Source: Fibrobacteria bacterium (GTDB lineage Bacteria; Fibrobacterota; Fibrobacteria; UBA11236). From it: a stretch of 57,646 nucleotides of DNA. The DNA lies in contig JAYUHW010000337.1 of NCBI GenBank assembly GCA_043766615.1, forward strand, positions 1 to 57,646. The letters run 5' to 3'. Shown here piece by piece: positions 45,481 through 55,210 of the stretch (positions are counted from its first letter, which is position 1; every line of letters begins with the position of its first letter). Made by a program: the position numbers and the translations under genes. The notes under the pieces were generated by a model, which worked only from the letters and a program-made list of their open reading frames with translations, did not search any database and was not told the origin of the DNA.

Positions 45481-47034
45481 TTGTTCGTTCTGAGGCATTT
45501 CCTGAGAAACGCAGTATCCAACTGGGCCTCCTTTCTGGTGAGCACTTTTGTGGCCTTAGCCATGTCCCCGTATGTGTTAGGGAAAATTGGCGAGCTGCAA
45601 TTCGGATTCTGGTCGTTGGTAGTGGCAGTGACCGGCTATTATGGATTCATCGACTTGGGTATCCGCTCTGCGGTGGGACAGTACGTAACCCGCTATATCG
45701 CCCGTAAGGAATTCGATAACCTCAACGATACGGTCAACACCTCCCTTCTGGTTATGGCCGGCATCGGTGTGATCATTGCGTTGGTGGCTGTGGTCATATC
45801 CTTCTTCCTACCCCAAATCGTAAATATCGATACCTCCAACGCAGAGCGAATCCGCTTGCCTCTCCTGATAGTGGGCCTAAGCATCGCCATTAAATTTCCC
45901 TTTACCGTCTTTCAAGCGGCCATCAGCGGTAAACAGCGCTTCGACTTGCTGGGAATTAGCAGTATTTGCATCCGCCTAGGCAGTGCAGGGCTGGCCTACG
46001 CTGTGCTTGAAGCCGGCTGGGGGTTGTTGGGCCTGGCAATTGGGACGGCAGTGACGCAGCTCACGGAGGGCGCTGTCATGACTCTGATCGCCTTACGCAT
46101 CAATCCGGAATTGCGTATCGCCCCCTTTTCCTTCAGCCGCAAGGCTTTTCGGGAAGTGCGTAATTATGGGGTATTCAGTTTTCTCATCAATATTTCGGAT
46201 AAGATCATATTCTATACGGACGCCCTCATCATCAGCACCTTGGTAAATCCTGTGGCGGTAACCTATTATGTGATAGGGTCGAACCTGATGCCGTATTTTG
46301 ATGACCTCGTGAATGCGGTGGGCAACCCCTTGATGCAGGTTGCTACCGCCTACGACGCCGGGAATCAGGAGAAATCGCTCCAGTCCCTGTTCTTAACTGG
46401 CACGCGTTATGTTTTTTGCTTTGCATGTTTGATCAGTGTCGGCATATTCACGGTAGGCGAAAATTTTCTCGGCCAGTGGATGGGATTTAAATATGTCCAG
46501 GGAGGCGAGTACGGCTCCAGTGGAACCGTGATGTTTGTGCTGGCCATTGCCCATACCCTCTACTTATCACAAGCCGTGTCCCGGCAAATAGTGTTTGGCC
46601 GAAGGAAAAACAAATTCCTGGCTTCGGTGAACGTGGGCGAAGGCGCTGTCAACTTAAGCCTGGCAATTATTCTGGTACCTAGGATAGGAATCATCGGCGT
46701 CGCTTATGGAGCGCTGATCCCGATGCTAGTCACCCAAGGGGTTATCCTTCCTATCTATGTTTCCCGCTTGGTAGGTACCAACTATTTCCGATTCCTCTGG
46801 CACTCAATCCTTCCAAATCTAGGCGCGCTGTTTTTGACCTTGGCAGCAACCAAACCCATACTGGCCATATTGCCGATAACGGGATGGGCACGTGTGATTG
46901 TATCGGCAATAATAGTAGCGGCAATTTATTTCTGTATCAGTTTTGTCTTGGTGATAGAAAAGGATTTGCGCCAAAGGCTGTTTGCCAAGATAGGCTTGGG
47001 ACAAGGCAGTCGTTTCCCGGATGCCAAAACCTGA
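45481..47034 (+). CDS. Wzx-like oligosaccharide flippase (MOP superfamily polysaccharide biosynthesis protein)
   Basis: TTG start, about 12-14 TM segments, 517 aa. Assigned from typical polysaccharide-locus context and topology. Confidence 0.7.
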   Translation: MFVLRHFLRNAVSNWASFLVSTFVALAMSPYVLGKIGELQFGFWSLVVAVTGYYGFIDLGIRSAVGQYVTRYIARKEFDNLNDTVNTSLLVMAGIGVIIALVAVVISFFLPQIVNIDTSNAERIRLPLLIVGLSIAIKFPFTVFQAAISGKQRFDLLGISSICIRLGSAGLAYAVLEAGWGLLGLAIGTAVTQLTEGAVMTLIALRINPELRIAPFSFSRKAFREVRNYGVFSFLINISDKIIFYTDALIISTLVNPVAVTYYVIGSNLMPYFDDLVNAVGNPLMQVATAYDAGNQEKSLQSLFLTGTRYVFCFACLISVGIFTVGENFLGQWMGFKYVQGGEYGSSGTVMFVLAIAHTLYLSQAVSRQIVFGRRKNKFLASVNVGEGAVNLSLAIILVPRIGIIGVAYGALIPMLVTQGVILPIYVSRLVGTNYFRFLWHSILPNLGALFLTLAATKPILAILPITGWARVIVSAIIVAAIYFCISFVLVIEKDLRQRLFAKIGLGQGSRFPDAKT

Positions 47035-47037
47035 CCC

Positions 47038-48273
47038 ATGCCTTACTTTCCCGACATCGGATCCGATACCGTGTACTGGGGAAACGACACGCTTCTCACA
47101 GCGGTTCGGCTACTGGCCTTGGGTCAATTGGTACAAGGAAATCAAGGTGAGCTCCTAGCTCGGAAACTGGAATCGGAGCTTGGTCTTACCCGCTTTCTCG
47201 GTTTTAATTCGGGCCGTAATGCCCTGCTTTTTGCCCTGAGACTCCTTATGAAAGTTCAACCGTCTCGCACCAAGGTCCTCTTGCCTTGTTATTTATGCGG
47301 GGGGTTGTTGGACCCTGTGATAAAAGCAGGATTGCAACCGATTTTTGTAGAAGTGGGTAAAGACCTCAATATTTCCCCTTCCCATCTAGGACTAAAACTG
47401 GCCGACGATGTACTGGCTGTAGTGATACCACACACCTACGGGTATCCGGCCCGCATTGCTGAATGCCTACGCCTAACCAAGGCCCACGATCCGGATATTG
47501 TGGTTATTGACGATGCAGCTTCTGCTTTGGGATTGGACTTGGGAGGAGTGAAAGCAGGTGCCCATGGAGATTTGGGATTGTTCAGCTTCAACCAGGCCAA
47601 GATGCTGGTCGCGTCACAAGGCGGCGGACTCGCGGTGAATAATCCCGGACTTTGGCCAGATTTCTCAGGGGCCTATGGAGTGATTCCCGCATTGCCTACA
47701 AAACAAAAACTGAGAGAATTCCTGACCTTTTTCTGGAGCTTTAAGCATAGGCGATACAGTGAAAGGTTGAACTATGGTATCGAAAGGCTAGCAGGACTCC
47801 AGCTCTCACCCCGTATGAATCCGAATCCGGCCAGGCTTGCCAATCTCGATGCAACTCTCCTTATGTCGCAGTGGAACACCATGCCTGTACTGCATGCCGC
47901 GCGCTCGGAAATCATCCGTTATTATCAACAGGCGTTAGCGGGGTTGGAGGAAGTGGAGTTTCCTCAACCCCGGGCCGCTGATTTTCACGTATCCCGGTGT
48001 TATATCCGCATTAAAGGGGAAAAAGTGGTGCGAGGTAAAAAAGGCGGGTATGATGCGAAGATGCCGTTGGCCGTCAAGCTGGCTGAAATCGGCATAGGGA
48101 CTCAATACGGATACGGCCCATACTATCTCAGCCATTGTGGTGCCCACGAATTTGCTGACACCCATGACTATCTTTCCGGATTGCTTGGGCTCCCGGTGAA
48201 TACGACCTTGCCTCTATCCAGTTATCGCAAGGTGGTGGAAGCGATCAAATCCCACTTTGTAAAGGACGGATGA
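47038..48273 (+). CDS. DegT/DnrJ/EryC1/StrS-family PLP-dependent aminotransferase-like enzyme
   Basis: VIDDAASALG and FSFNQAKMLVASQGGGL (Schiff-base Lys context). Confidence 0.7.
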   Translation: MPYFPDIGSDTVYWGNDTLLTAVRLLALGQLVQGNQGELLARKLESELGLTRFLGFNSGRNALLFALRLLMKVQPSRTKVLLPCYLCGGLLDPVIKAGLQPIFVEVGKDLNISPSHLGLKLADDVLAVVIPHTYGYPARIAECLRLTKAHDPDIVVIDDAASALGLDLGGVKAGAHGDLGLFSFNQAKMLVASQGGGLAVNNPGLWPDFSGAYGVIPALPTKQKLREFLTFFWSFKHRRYSERLNYGIERLAGLQLSPRMNPNPARLANLDATLLMSQWNTMPVLHAARSEIIRYYQQALAGLEEVEFPQPRAADFHVSRCYIRIKGEKVVRGKKGGYDAKMPLAVKLAEIGIGTQYGYGPYYLSHCGAHEFADTHDYLSGLLGLPVNTTLPLSSYRKVVEAIKSHFVKDG

Positions 48274-48291
48274 CGTAGAGGGATAGGAAAC

Positions 48292-48324
48292 AAAAAAAGC
48301 GGAAGGCTGCCCCTCCGCTTTTTT
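48292..48324. terminator. Bidirectional intrinsic terminator between convergent operons
   Basis: A7 (48292-48298), stem GCGGAAGG (48299-48306), loop CTGC, stem CCCTCCGC (48311-48318, one mismatch), T6 (48319-48324). Confidence 0.7.
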
Positions 48325-48340
48325 CAAAAGGGAATGAATA

Positions 48341-49051
48341 CTATTTGCGGCGACGGCGAGCGACTACGAAGCCGAGCAGCCCAAGACCCATGAGACCCAA
48401 GCTGGTAGGCTCAGGAACGGGGCGTACGGATTCGACCATCAAGACCATATCATTATAGTCGTGGTCGCTGCCTGCGAGAGCCAAGTCTTCCCAGGCCAAA
48501 ATATATTCGTCCGGAGTCCAAACACCGGAGGGAGTGCTGGGCAGCTTCACGACATCGTTTTCACCACGGAACGAGACCATCTGATCGGCACCGCCGGCAT
48601 TGAGATTGTTGTCAGAGTAAAAGATTCCACCGGGCCCGGCCAAGTAGTAGCCAAAGGTGCTTCCAGCAAATTGAACACCGACACTGGCATTGTTTATGGA
48701 AACATTGTACTGGTCATCCATGGAAAAGGATACCTTGGTGCCTCCCGTGGCGGCGCCAGCAAAGAGCTGTACCTTCTTGGAAGGATCCGCCTGGTCATAA
48801 ACGCCAAAGGTATTGGATGCCGCGTTCCCGGCGATTTCGATTATCATGGTGGCTGCCGATGTGCCCGTTGCTGTGAGATTCCAGTACAGGTCAGGGTTGA
48901 CCTGATCGGTATTGACATTCACGCTGCTCGGCCCGCCGCCTACGGTTATGTTATCCAGCACTGTTTGGAGACTGTTTCCGCTGATTAGAGTCGCTTGGGA
49001 TGCGGCTACTAAAGCCAGTACTGCCAAGGAGGTATTTTTGAATGATTGCAT
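48341..49051 (-). CDS. PEP-CTERM sorting-domain protein with a DUF4114-like region (exosortase cargo)
   Basis: The C-terminus VPEPTSLGLMGLGLLGFVVARRRRK has the PEP motif, a TM helix and an Arg cluster. SDHDYNDMVLMV is DUF4114-like. Signal peptide MQSFKNTSLAVLALVAASQA with an AGGAAG Shine-Dalgarno sequence. The ORF-track start at 49108 lies inside the putative promoter. Confidence 0.9.
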   Translation of the reverse strand: MQSFKNTSLAVLALVAASQATLISGNSLQTVLDNITVGGGPSSVNVNTDQVNPDLYWNLTATGTSAATMIIEIAGNAASNTFGVYDQADPSKKVQLFAGAATGGTKVSFSMDDQYNVSINNASVGVQFAGSTFGYYLAGPGGIFYSDNNLNAGGADQMVSFRGENDVVKLPSTPSGVWTPDEYILAWEDLALAGSDHDYNDMVLMVESVRPVPEPTSLGLMGLGLLGFVVARRRRK

Positions 49052-49090
49052 ATGTTCTTCCTGAATAGGTCGTGGTTCAATGTTAAATTT

Positions 49091-49108
49091 AAGCGAAACC
49101 CATGCCAA
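49091..49108 (-). promoter_or_regulatory. Candidate sigma-54 (-24/-12) promoter for the PEP-CTERM cargo gene
   Basis: The minus strand reads TTGGCATGGGTTTCGCTT, that is TGGCAT-N5-TCGCT against the consensus TGGCAC-N5-TTGCW, with correct GG-to-GC spacing. The -12 GC lies about 40 nt upstream of ATG 49051. A sigma-54-type activator (PrsR) is encoded in the window. Confidence 0.45.
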
Positions 49109-49218
49109 GAAATCTTAAGCTCTCCTTTTCAATATGCGGATATGCTTTGGTAAAAGCGTAAAAAATCCCGACAAGGAGGTATTTTTTTTACAACTCGTCC
49201 GAAAATTTAAAAGCTGAT

Positions 49219-49860
49219 TTAAGGCAGGTTTTTCTCGAGTTCCGGGAGCAGAAATCGGGTAAAATCCTCAAAACGAGCGGTGATTTTTTCCCGGCTTTCA
49301 CCGGGGGATTCCGGGGTGAGCAATCGCACCAGTGAAGCGCCTTGATGCGTGTTTCCAAATAAGCCCCCAAAAAACATCAATAGGCTGGAACGCAGATACT
49401 GGGCGGTATAAACGTTTCCAATCTTGTACCAGTAGCAAACCCACTGCTTATGGTTATGAATATCGATGGAGATCAGTTTGGCTTGCACCCGTTCCCCATT
49501 CATCTCCAAAGGTCCAATGCTGCCCACCATCGCTCCGGAACCACGCAAGCACGCCTCCTGGGCATGGGCGGATTTGCGATTACTATGCGCGATATAGGCG
49601 ACGATCAATTCTATATAGGAGCTGCCGTTGGAATAGGTGCGTTTGAGGATATCGGTGGTTTCCAGCCCCTTGATTTCACTGGCGGAAACGGGCGCTTCAT
49701 CCACCACCACCCAAGCCCCGATTTGGGAGGAAATATTGCGGGTCAACTGCGTGCTCCCTTTTATCGATTGCTGGAAAAGCACGCTATTCGACAAATAGGC
49801 GGATCCACAGAGCAACAGCAATGCAGCCAAGGTCAAGTTACGTAGGATTCTAGGAGGCAT
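49219..49860 (-). CDS. epsI: EpsI-family exosortase-associated protein
   Basis: N-terminal anchor NLTLAALLLLCGSAY. SAHAQEACLRGSGAM resembles the EpsI HxPExCLxGxG block. Overlaps the exosortase gene by 11 nt. Confidence 0.8.
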   Translation of the reverse strand: MPPRILRNLTLAALLLLCGSAYLSNSVLFQQSIKGSTQLTRNISSQIGAWVVVDEAPVSASEIKGLETTDILKRTYSNGSSYIELIVAYIAHSNRKSAHAQEACLRGSGAMVGSIGPLEMNGERVQAKLISIDIHNHKQWVCYWYKIGNVYTAQYLRSSLLMFFGGLFGNTHQGASLVRLLTPESPGESREKITARFEDFTRFLLPELEKNLP

Positions 49861-50719
49861 CGGTCACCGGAGTTTTTTGGATCGGGATCCACTTGTCCAT
49901 CAAAAAGGTTACCAGAAATAGGCAACCAAAAGCAGCGACAAAAATGATGGCGCCCGTAAACAGATGTAGATCCCAAGTGCCAATCAAGGGTTTGAAAATG
50001 GCCTTTTGCCCAAACGCCATGACCAGGCACGCGACCAGGAAAATCCGGAGACCATTGCCGATGATGGCAGCGGGAATCGCCATCAAAAGGACAGCGACAA
50101 CTTGACGTTTGCCTTTATCCCGGACCATCCACGCGTACAAAAGGCCCAAGGAAAGCAAGGCCAGCAAGCTGCGCAACCCAGAACACACATCCCCAATGGC
50201 CAGTTTTTCATTGCCAAATACCATAAAGGACCCTTCTCGGATGGCGGGGATGGCCAGCACATTCAAGAGTCCGGTAGCCAAATCCGCGGCCATCAGTTTC
50301 AGGGAAAAATTCATTTTGTCGATGATGAACTCTGGAGGCGGAACCATGCAGAGCAAAAAGACAATCGGAAACCAGACCGCTTTGGCCATCGGCCATCCGT
50401 GCTGCAATAGGACGAAACCGAATAGTACGACTCCCAGCGTCAAACCGGAAAGCGATGACACGTCAGCCAAACCCGCTACCAAGTGGCCAATCAAGCCAGC
50501 CACTATCCAAATGAAACCGACCCAAGTAGGCGCGTTCGGCGTTTTCCGTAGGGCATCTCGCATCTGCCAAAGCAGGAAAATGGATATGGGAGGGATCAGC
50601 CATGCGTGGGCCATATAGGATTCTGATTCATCCCAGCGCGCAACCATCCACCTGAGAGTGGGTAAGTAATTCCAGGCTGCCAAACCTGAAAAGAGCAGCC
50701 AGGCGAGGAGTCGCATCAT
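49850..50719 (-). CDS. xrtA: Exosortase (EpsH/XrtA-type by gene context)
   Basis: Eight-TM protein with N-terminus WNYLPTLRWMVARWDESESYMAHAWLIPPISIFLLW, active-site Cys in IGDVCSGLRSLL and Arg in IGNGLRIFLV. Flanked by EpsI and PrsT-like genes, with PrsK and PrsR nearby. Confidence 0.9.
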   Translation of the reverse strand: MMRLLAWLLFSGLAAWNYLPTLRWMVARWDESESYMAHAWLIPPISIFLLWQMRDALRKTPNAPTWVGFIWIVAGLIGHLVAGLADVSSLSGLTLGVVLFGFVLLQHGWPMAKAVWFPIVFLLCMVPPPEFIIDKMNFSLKLMAADLATGLLNVLAIPAIREGSFMVFGNEKLAIGDVCSGLRSLLALLSLGLLYAWMVRDKGKRQVVAVLLMAIPAAIIGNGLRIFLVACLVMAFGQKAIFKPLIGTWDLHLFTGAIIFVAAFGCLFLVTFLMDKWIPIQKTPVTDAS

Positions 50720-52632
50720 CCTAACTGAGCAAGTAGCTTTTCGGCTTCCTGGCGTTCCTCAAAAGGCCTTTTGCTCGCTAAAGCGGAATCCAGAAATTTA
50801 CGGGCCTCTGCTTTTTTGCCAAGCGCATTCAATATATATGCCAGGTGGTATTGAAAGGCTGGGTAATCGGGAACCAGATCCAAGGCATTGCGGATATGCT
50901 TTTCCGCTTCCGGGTATTTGCCGTTAACGGCCAAAATCCACCCGATGGTATCAAGAATACGCGGGTCCAGATTCTGCTTAGTCTTAAGTTTTTCCAAATA
51001 AGGAGACGCTTTCTCGAGGTTGGCCTGCGTAATGCCGAACTCCCATGCCACATTATTGAGGGCAACCAGATTGTCGGGATTCACAGCCAGTTCCTTGTCG
51101 TAATACCGGAAGGCTTTGGCTTTATCCTTTTTCACCCAATAATCTGCGAGTGTGTTGTTGATTCCTTTGAGGGTCGGGTTTTCCGAGGAAATTTTTTCGG
51201 CCAGTTTCAGCATTTTTTCGCTTTGCTGGGACTTGGCGAACAGTTGCAGGAGCGCCACCTGCTGGGTCAGGTTGGGTTTCTCCACAGTGGACAGAATCTT
51301 GGCCGCTTCGGCAAATGATCCCACGCTGGACAATTGCCCAGTATAGAGATTAATCGCCAACAGGCTTTTTGGCCAGCGGGAATAGAAATCCTTGACCGAC
51401 ATATAAGCCATCAGGTCAGATTTGTTGAGTCCATAATAGGTGATCAAGGCCCATTGGCCGATAAAATCCTTATCCAGGAGCAATTGCCCTTTGAAATCGT
51501 TCAAGACCTTTTGCAAACTGTCCGGCTGTTCCTGGATGATGGTCTGGGCTTTATTCTCCTGTCCAATAGCCATATAGGCGGCTATCAAAGGAGGAATCAA
51601 GGCCTGGCGTTTGTCCGAGATCTGTAGCATTTTCATACTCTCCAAGGCCCTGGCCGGATTCTGATTTTTCAGATACAAATAGAACTTGAGCGTTTCGATT
51701 TTTTGGCGAGCGGCAGGCAGGATATCCCCAAGAGCGTGATAGATGGCCAAGGCGGAATCATACAAGCCCGCTTGGGCATAGAACAGGGCAAGCTCCGAAA
51801 GAGCCTGAGCATTGACTTCCTTTTTTTCTGAATAGCCTGAGAGCGCGGCAATCGCTTCCCTCACCTGATTGTTGATGGAATAGATTCTGGCTTTACGGAT
51901 TTGAAGTTGCTGTTGATGCTCTACGTCCACTTCCATCCAGCTGTCCAGGTAGGCTTGGGCGGAATCGAGTTTGCGTTGACGCAAAAAGCTATCCACCATC
52001 AAAAGCCGGGCGCGGGCATTTTTTGGGTTTTTGGCAAGAATTTTTCCTAGAAAATTCCCGCTTTCCTCCACTTGTCCCACTAGCAACAGAACTTCGGCCA
52101 TAGGAAGCAGCGCCTCAACGGAATCCGGATACTTTTCCGCGAGAAATCGCAGTTGCTCCTCCGCCAAATCCGGGCGGCCCTGCTTGGCCCGTACATTCGC
52201 AAGCAGTAGCCGGGCTGGAAAATACCAGGGATCCATCTCCAAAACCGTATCCACGGCATTAAAAGCCGCTTCCGTTTCTCCAATTTGAAAAGCCATTTGA
52301 GCGAGAAGTATTTTGGCTTCTTTATTTTTTGGATTCGCTTGTACAAACTGGAGTGTGTTTTCGTACGCTTCCCGTGGCTTCCGGTCTTGGAAGCTCATGC
52401 GATTGGTTACCCCCAATACCTCGAAGGAAGCGTGCGGTGAAAATTTTCCCTGGGCATTATACGCTTTTTCATATTCAGACCGGGCCGCCACTAAATTGTC
52501 CTCTTTGACATAAAGCCGGGCCTTAGAAATATGTTTGGCAAATCGCTTGCTGGGCAAATTCTGCCAAGTCAAGAAAGCCAAGCCGGCCAAAACCGGTATT
52601 GCCAAGATGAGCAGGAGTTTTTTCATAGGCAT
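50716..52632 (-). CDS. TPR-repeat protein, PrsT-like (PEP-CTERM system TPR protein), shorter than typical
   Basis: Signal-anchor followed by TPR repeats throughout (e.g. AYNAQGKFSPHASFEVL and ALDLVPDYPAFQYHLAYILNALGKKAEARKFLDSAL). First gene of the exosortase operon, with an ATGA overlap. Confidence 0.7.
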   Translation of the reverse strand: MPMKKLLLILAIPVLAGLAFLTWQNLPSKRFAKHISKARLYVKEDNLVAARSEYEKAYNAQGKFSPHASFEVLGVTNRMSFQDRKPREAYENTLQFVQANPKNKEAKILLAQMAFQIGETEAAFNAVDTVLEMDPWYFPARLLLANVRAKQGRPDLAEEQLRFLAEKYPDSVEALLPMAEVLLLVGQVEESGNFLGKILAKNPKNARARLLMVDSFLRQRKLDSAQAYLDSWMEVDVEHQQQLQIRKARIYSINNQVREAIAALSGYSEKKEVNAQALSELALFYAQAGLYDSALAIYHALGDILPAARQKIETLKFYLYLKNQNPARALESMKMLQISDKRQALIPPLIAAYMAIGQENKAQTIIQEQPDSLQKVLNDFKGQLLLDKDFIGQWALITYYGLNKSDLMAYMSVKDFYSRWPKSLLAINLYTGQLSSVGSFAEAAKILSTVEKPNLTQQVALLQLFAKSQQSEKMLKLAEKISSENPTLKGINNTLADYWVKKDKAKAFRYYDKELAVNPDNLVALNNVAWEFGITQANLEKASPYLEKLKTKQNLDPRILDTIGWILAVNGKYPEAEKHIRNALDLVPDYPAFQYHLAYILNALGKKAEARKFLDSALASKRPFEERQEAEKLLAQLG

Positions 52633-52726
52633 CGCAATCGGATGGGGGTATTGTGCTTGAGAATCGATCCGGTTCGCGGAGGACTTCCAGACAGTGAAAA
52701 TTAATATTTATCTTTACAGGTTGTAA

Positions 52727-55204
52727 ATGAGCCTGCAAAAAGACTCCTCCATCGATTTCCAAGTGGGGGAACTGGAGGAATTGACCTCCACACCACGAAA
52801 AATCCCCTCGGTTAGCAGTTTATTCCATATTTTGTGGCTGAGAAAATGGGTGGCTTTAGGAGCCTGGCTCATCCTCTCCATTCCGGTGGGGGTCCTGCTT
52901 TCCATTTATAATCTGCCTAAATCCTATTCCGCTGCTACGGTAATGCGATTTCCTCAAGTAGTCGGGGCGCAAACCAATGTCATGCGGGATATAGCGATTA
53001 CTGACGGCCAGAGCATCATCAGTATTTTCAACAGTTACCAGGTGCTGGATGCCTCGATCCGGAAACTTGGATTGCGCATGCGTATCACCACGCCCAATCT
53101 TTTTTATAAGGATGTGTTTTCAGAGATTCATTATGGCGACAATATGAACACAGGAGCGTTCACGATTGAATTGGATAAGGAGGGGAAATCAGGATCCGTC
53201 TTTTACAAATCCGAGACCGGCAACTCCCTTTACAAGATTTTTAGTGGCCCTTTAGGCCCCGACGGTCGATTGACCATGCCAGGCCTTGAGGTTCAATTCA
53301 AGCCGGAGTTCTTGAAGGTCCAGAATGGAAAAGGCTTGAAGCTGGAGTTCTTGACCTTGGAGGATGCCTTCCGGGAGCTGAGAAGGAATGTATCCGCGCG
53401 ACCTTTAGGCGGCGGAAATTTCGAGATCAAATTAAAGGATCGCGACCCCTTTCTGGTCGCGGAAATCCTGAACACCTTGAGAGACCAATTTCTGGAAGTG
53501 TACTACGGTACTTCGGAAGTCCAGGATGTGGATATTCTAGCCCGCATGGAAAAGGATCTGGAAATCGCCAAGCAAAGATTGGAAAGCAGTCAAGACGAGC
53601 TCTCCAAATATTATTCTGTACACCCCGAACTGATTCAGCAGCAAAATCCGACCCAGGGGGAAAATATGGCCTACCTGGAATCGCGCCAACAAATCGGGAC
53701 GTTGCAACAGCGAAAGGACCGGGTAAAGGCAGCCTTTGCCGCCAAGGAGCTCAACGCCACTACTGAAAAGACACTTTTCTGGGCCATGGAACTGCTCGCC
53801 GCCATGTCTGAGGCGGGGGAGGCCAAGGCCAATATACTTCGGTCCAGCCTGCTGGAAATGAGCTCCCGCCGCACCGTATTGAAGGCGACACTCGCACCCG
53901 ATCACCCCAAAATAAAAGCGGTGGAGTCGGAAATGGAAATCGTCATCGGGCAAATGGAGGCAGCGGAAGCAGATCTGGTTCGACGGATGGATTTGGACTT
54001 GGCTTCCGTACAGCAGCGGCTAAGCAGCAACACCCCCAAGACCAGCTCGCGACCGGCGGTCAAGGTTCAGCTGGAATTGGAGCGGCTGAACAATGTGAAC
54101 ACCAACAATCAGTCCATCTATGATCATTTAATTGAGAGTTACAATCGCGCTAAATTGGTTACGGGATCCGAATTTTTCAAAGTGTCCGTCGTCGACCAAG
54201 CTCGACCCGCATTGTACGAGCCGCCTTCATTAAAGACCAGGCTCTTGATTGCGGTTGCGGCGATTCTTTTTCTGCTGGTTGTCGTTCCTGGTGTGGTACT
54301 TGCCTGGGGGCTGGTCTTTATCAAGATCTGGACCAAGGACGACGTGCGTCGACTTTTAAATTTGAAAACTCTAGGAACCGTCTCCGCGGTAAAAAAGGGG
54401 AAGAAAAAAGCGAATCCTGATGGAAAAAAAGCGCATGCCTCCCGGGAACCAGAGGCGACTAAGGTGGATCCCATTTTGCTTATATATGGAGAAAATCCAA
54501 GTGGTGAAAGCTTGGAGTCCTTTCGCAATGTTCGCGAAGAGATAGAGAACAGCTTCAAGAATCGGGCCTCCCCAGGAAAATTCTGTATCCTGATCACATC
54601 TTCACGGCCACACGAAGGCAAATCCATCTGCTCCGCCAACTTGGCCATGACTTTCGCACGTAAGGGCAAGCGCACGCTTCTCATAGATGCGGATTTCCGC
54701 CTAGGTCGCACGGCACGCATATTTAACCAGGCTGTGGGCACGGGACTTGATACTCTTCTCAATCAAACAGACTTGACTACCGAACAGTTTCTTGAGTCTG
54801 CAACATTGACGTTTCAGTCCACAATGCAACGAAACCTTGTGATAGCTCCGGGCAAATCCTCCATGGCCAATGCCAGCGAGCTCATCAGTTCGGATCGCTT
54901 TAAAGCGTTCGTCCAAATGGCGCGAGAACAATTCGATGTGGTTATTATCGACACCCCCCCGGTACTAATAACTCCTGATCCTTTGTCTTTGGCGGAACTT
55001 GTAGATGGCATCGTTTTCGTTTGTCGATCGGGTTACACCGTCGCTTCAGAAGCCCGCGATGCAGTGGAAATCCTGAAAGAGCGCAATTCCAAGGTGGCGG
55101 TCCTGCTAAATTGGGTAAAGGGGTCACCCTTCGAGGAAAACCGGTATCATAAATATTCCTACTACTATCAGGTCCAATCCCAGTCGAATGCCGATTCCGG
55201 TTAG
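52727..55204 (+). CDS. Polysaccharide co-polymerase (Wzz/GumC-like chain-length determinant) fused to a BY-type tyrosine kinase
   Basis: Two TM segments flank a coiled-coil periplasmic region. Kinase Walker A SSRPHEGKS, A' LLIDADFR and B VVIIDTPPV. C-terminal Tyr cluster YHKYSYYYQ. Confidence 0.85.
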   Translation: MSLQKDSSIDFQVGELEELTSTPRKIPSVSSLFHILWLRKWVALGAWLILSIPVGVLLSIYNLPKSYSAATVMRFPQVVGAQTNVMRDIAITDGQSIISIFNSYQVLDASIRKLGLRMRITTPNLFYKDVFSEIHYGDNMNTGAFTIELDKEGKSGSVFYKSETGNSLYKIFSGPLGPDGRLTMPGLEVQFKPEFLKVQNGKGLKLEFLTLEDAFRELRRNVSARPLGGGNFEIKLKDRDPFLVAEILNTLRDQFLEVYYGTSEVQDVDILARMEKDLEIAKQRLESSQDELSKYYSVHPELIQQQNPTQGENMAYLESRQQIGTLQQRKDRVKAAFAAKELNATTEKTLFWAMELLAAMSEAGEAKANILRSSLLEMSSRRTVLKATLAPDHPKIKAVESEMEIVIGQMEAAEADLVRRMDLDLASVQQRLSSNTPKTSSRPAVKVQLELERLNNVNTNNQSIYDHLIESYNRAKLVTGSEFFKVSVVDQARPALYEPPSLKTRLLIAVAAILFLLVVVPGVVLAWGLVFIKIWTKDDVRRLLNLKTLGTVSAVKKGKKKANPDGKKAHASREPEATKVDPILLIYGENPSGESLESFRNVREEIENSFKNRASPGKFCILITSSRPHEGKSICSANLAMTFARKGKRTLLIDADFRLGRTARIFNQAVGTGLDTLLNQTDLTTEQFLESATLTFQSTMQRNLVIAPGKSSMANASELISSDRFKAFVQMAREQFDVVIIDTPPVLITPDPLSLAELVDGIVFVCRSGYTVASEARDAVEILKERNSKVAVLLNWVKGSPFEENRYHKYSYYYQVQSQSNADSG

Positions 55205-55210
55205 GTATCC

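Noticed and set aside
52633-52726. Possible sigma-54 elements in the divergent region between the PrsT-like and Wzz-kinase genes (TGGAAGTCCTCCGCG on the minus strand, TGGGGGTATTGTGCTT on the plus strand)
   Set aside because: In both cases the GG-to-GC distance is 11 rather than 12 nt, so I did not call them. They might still merit a PWM scan.
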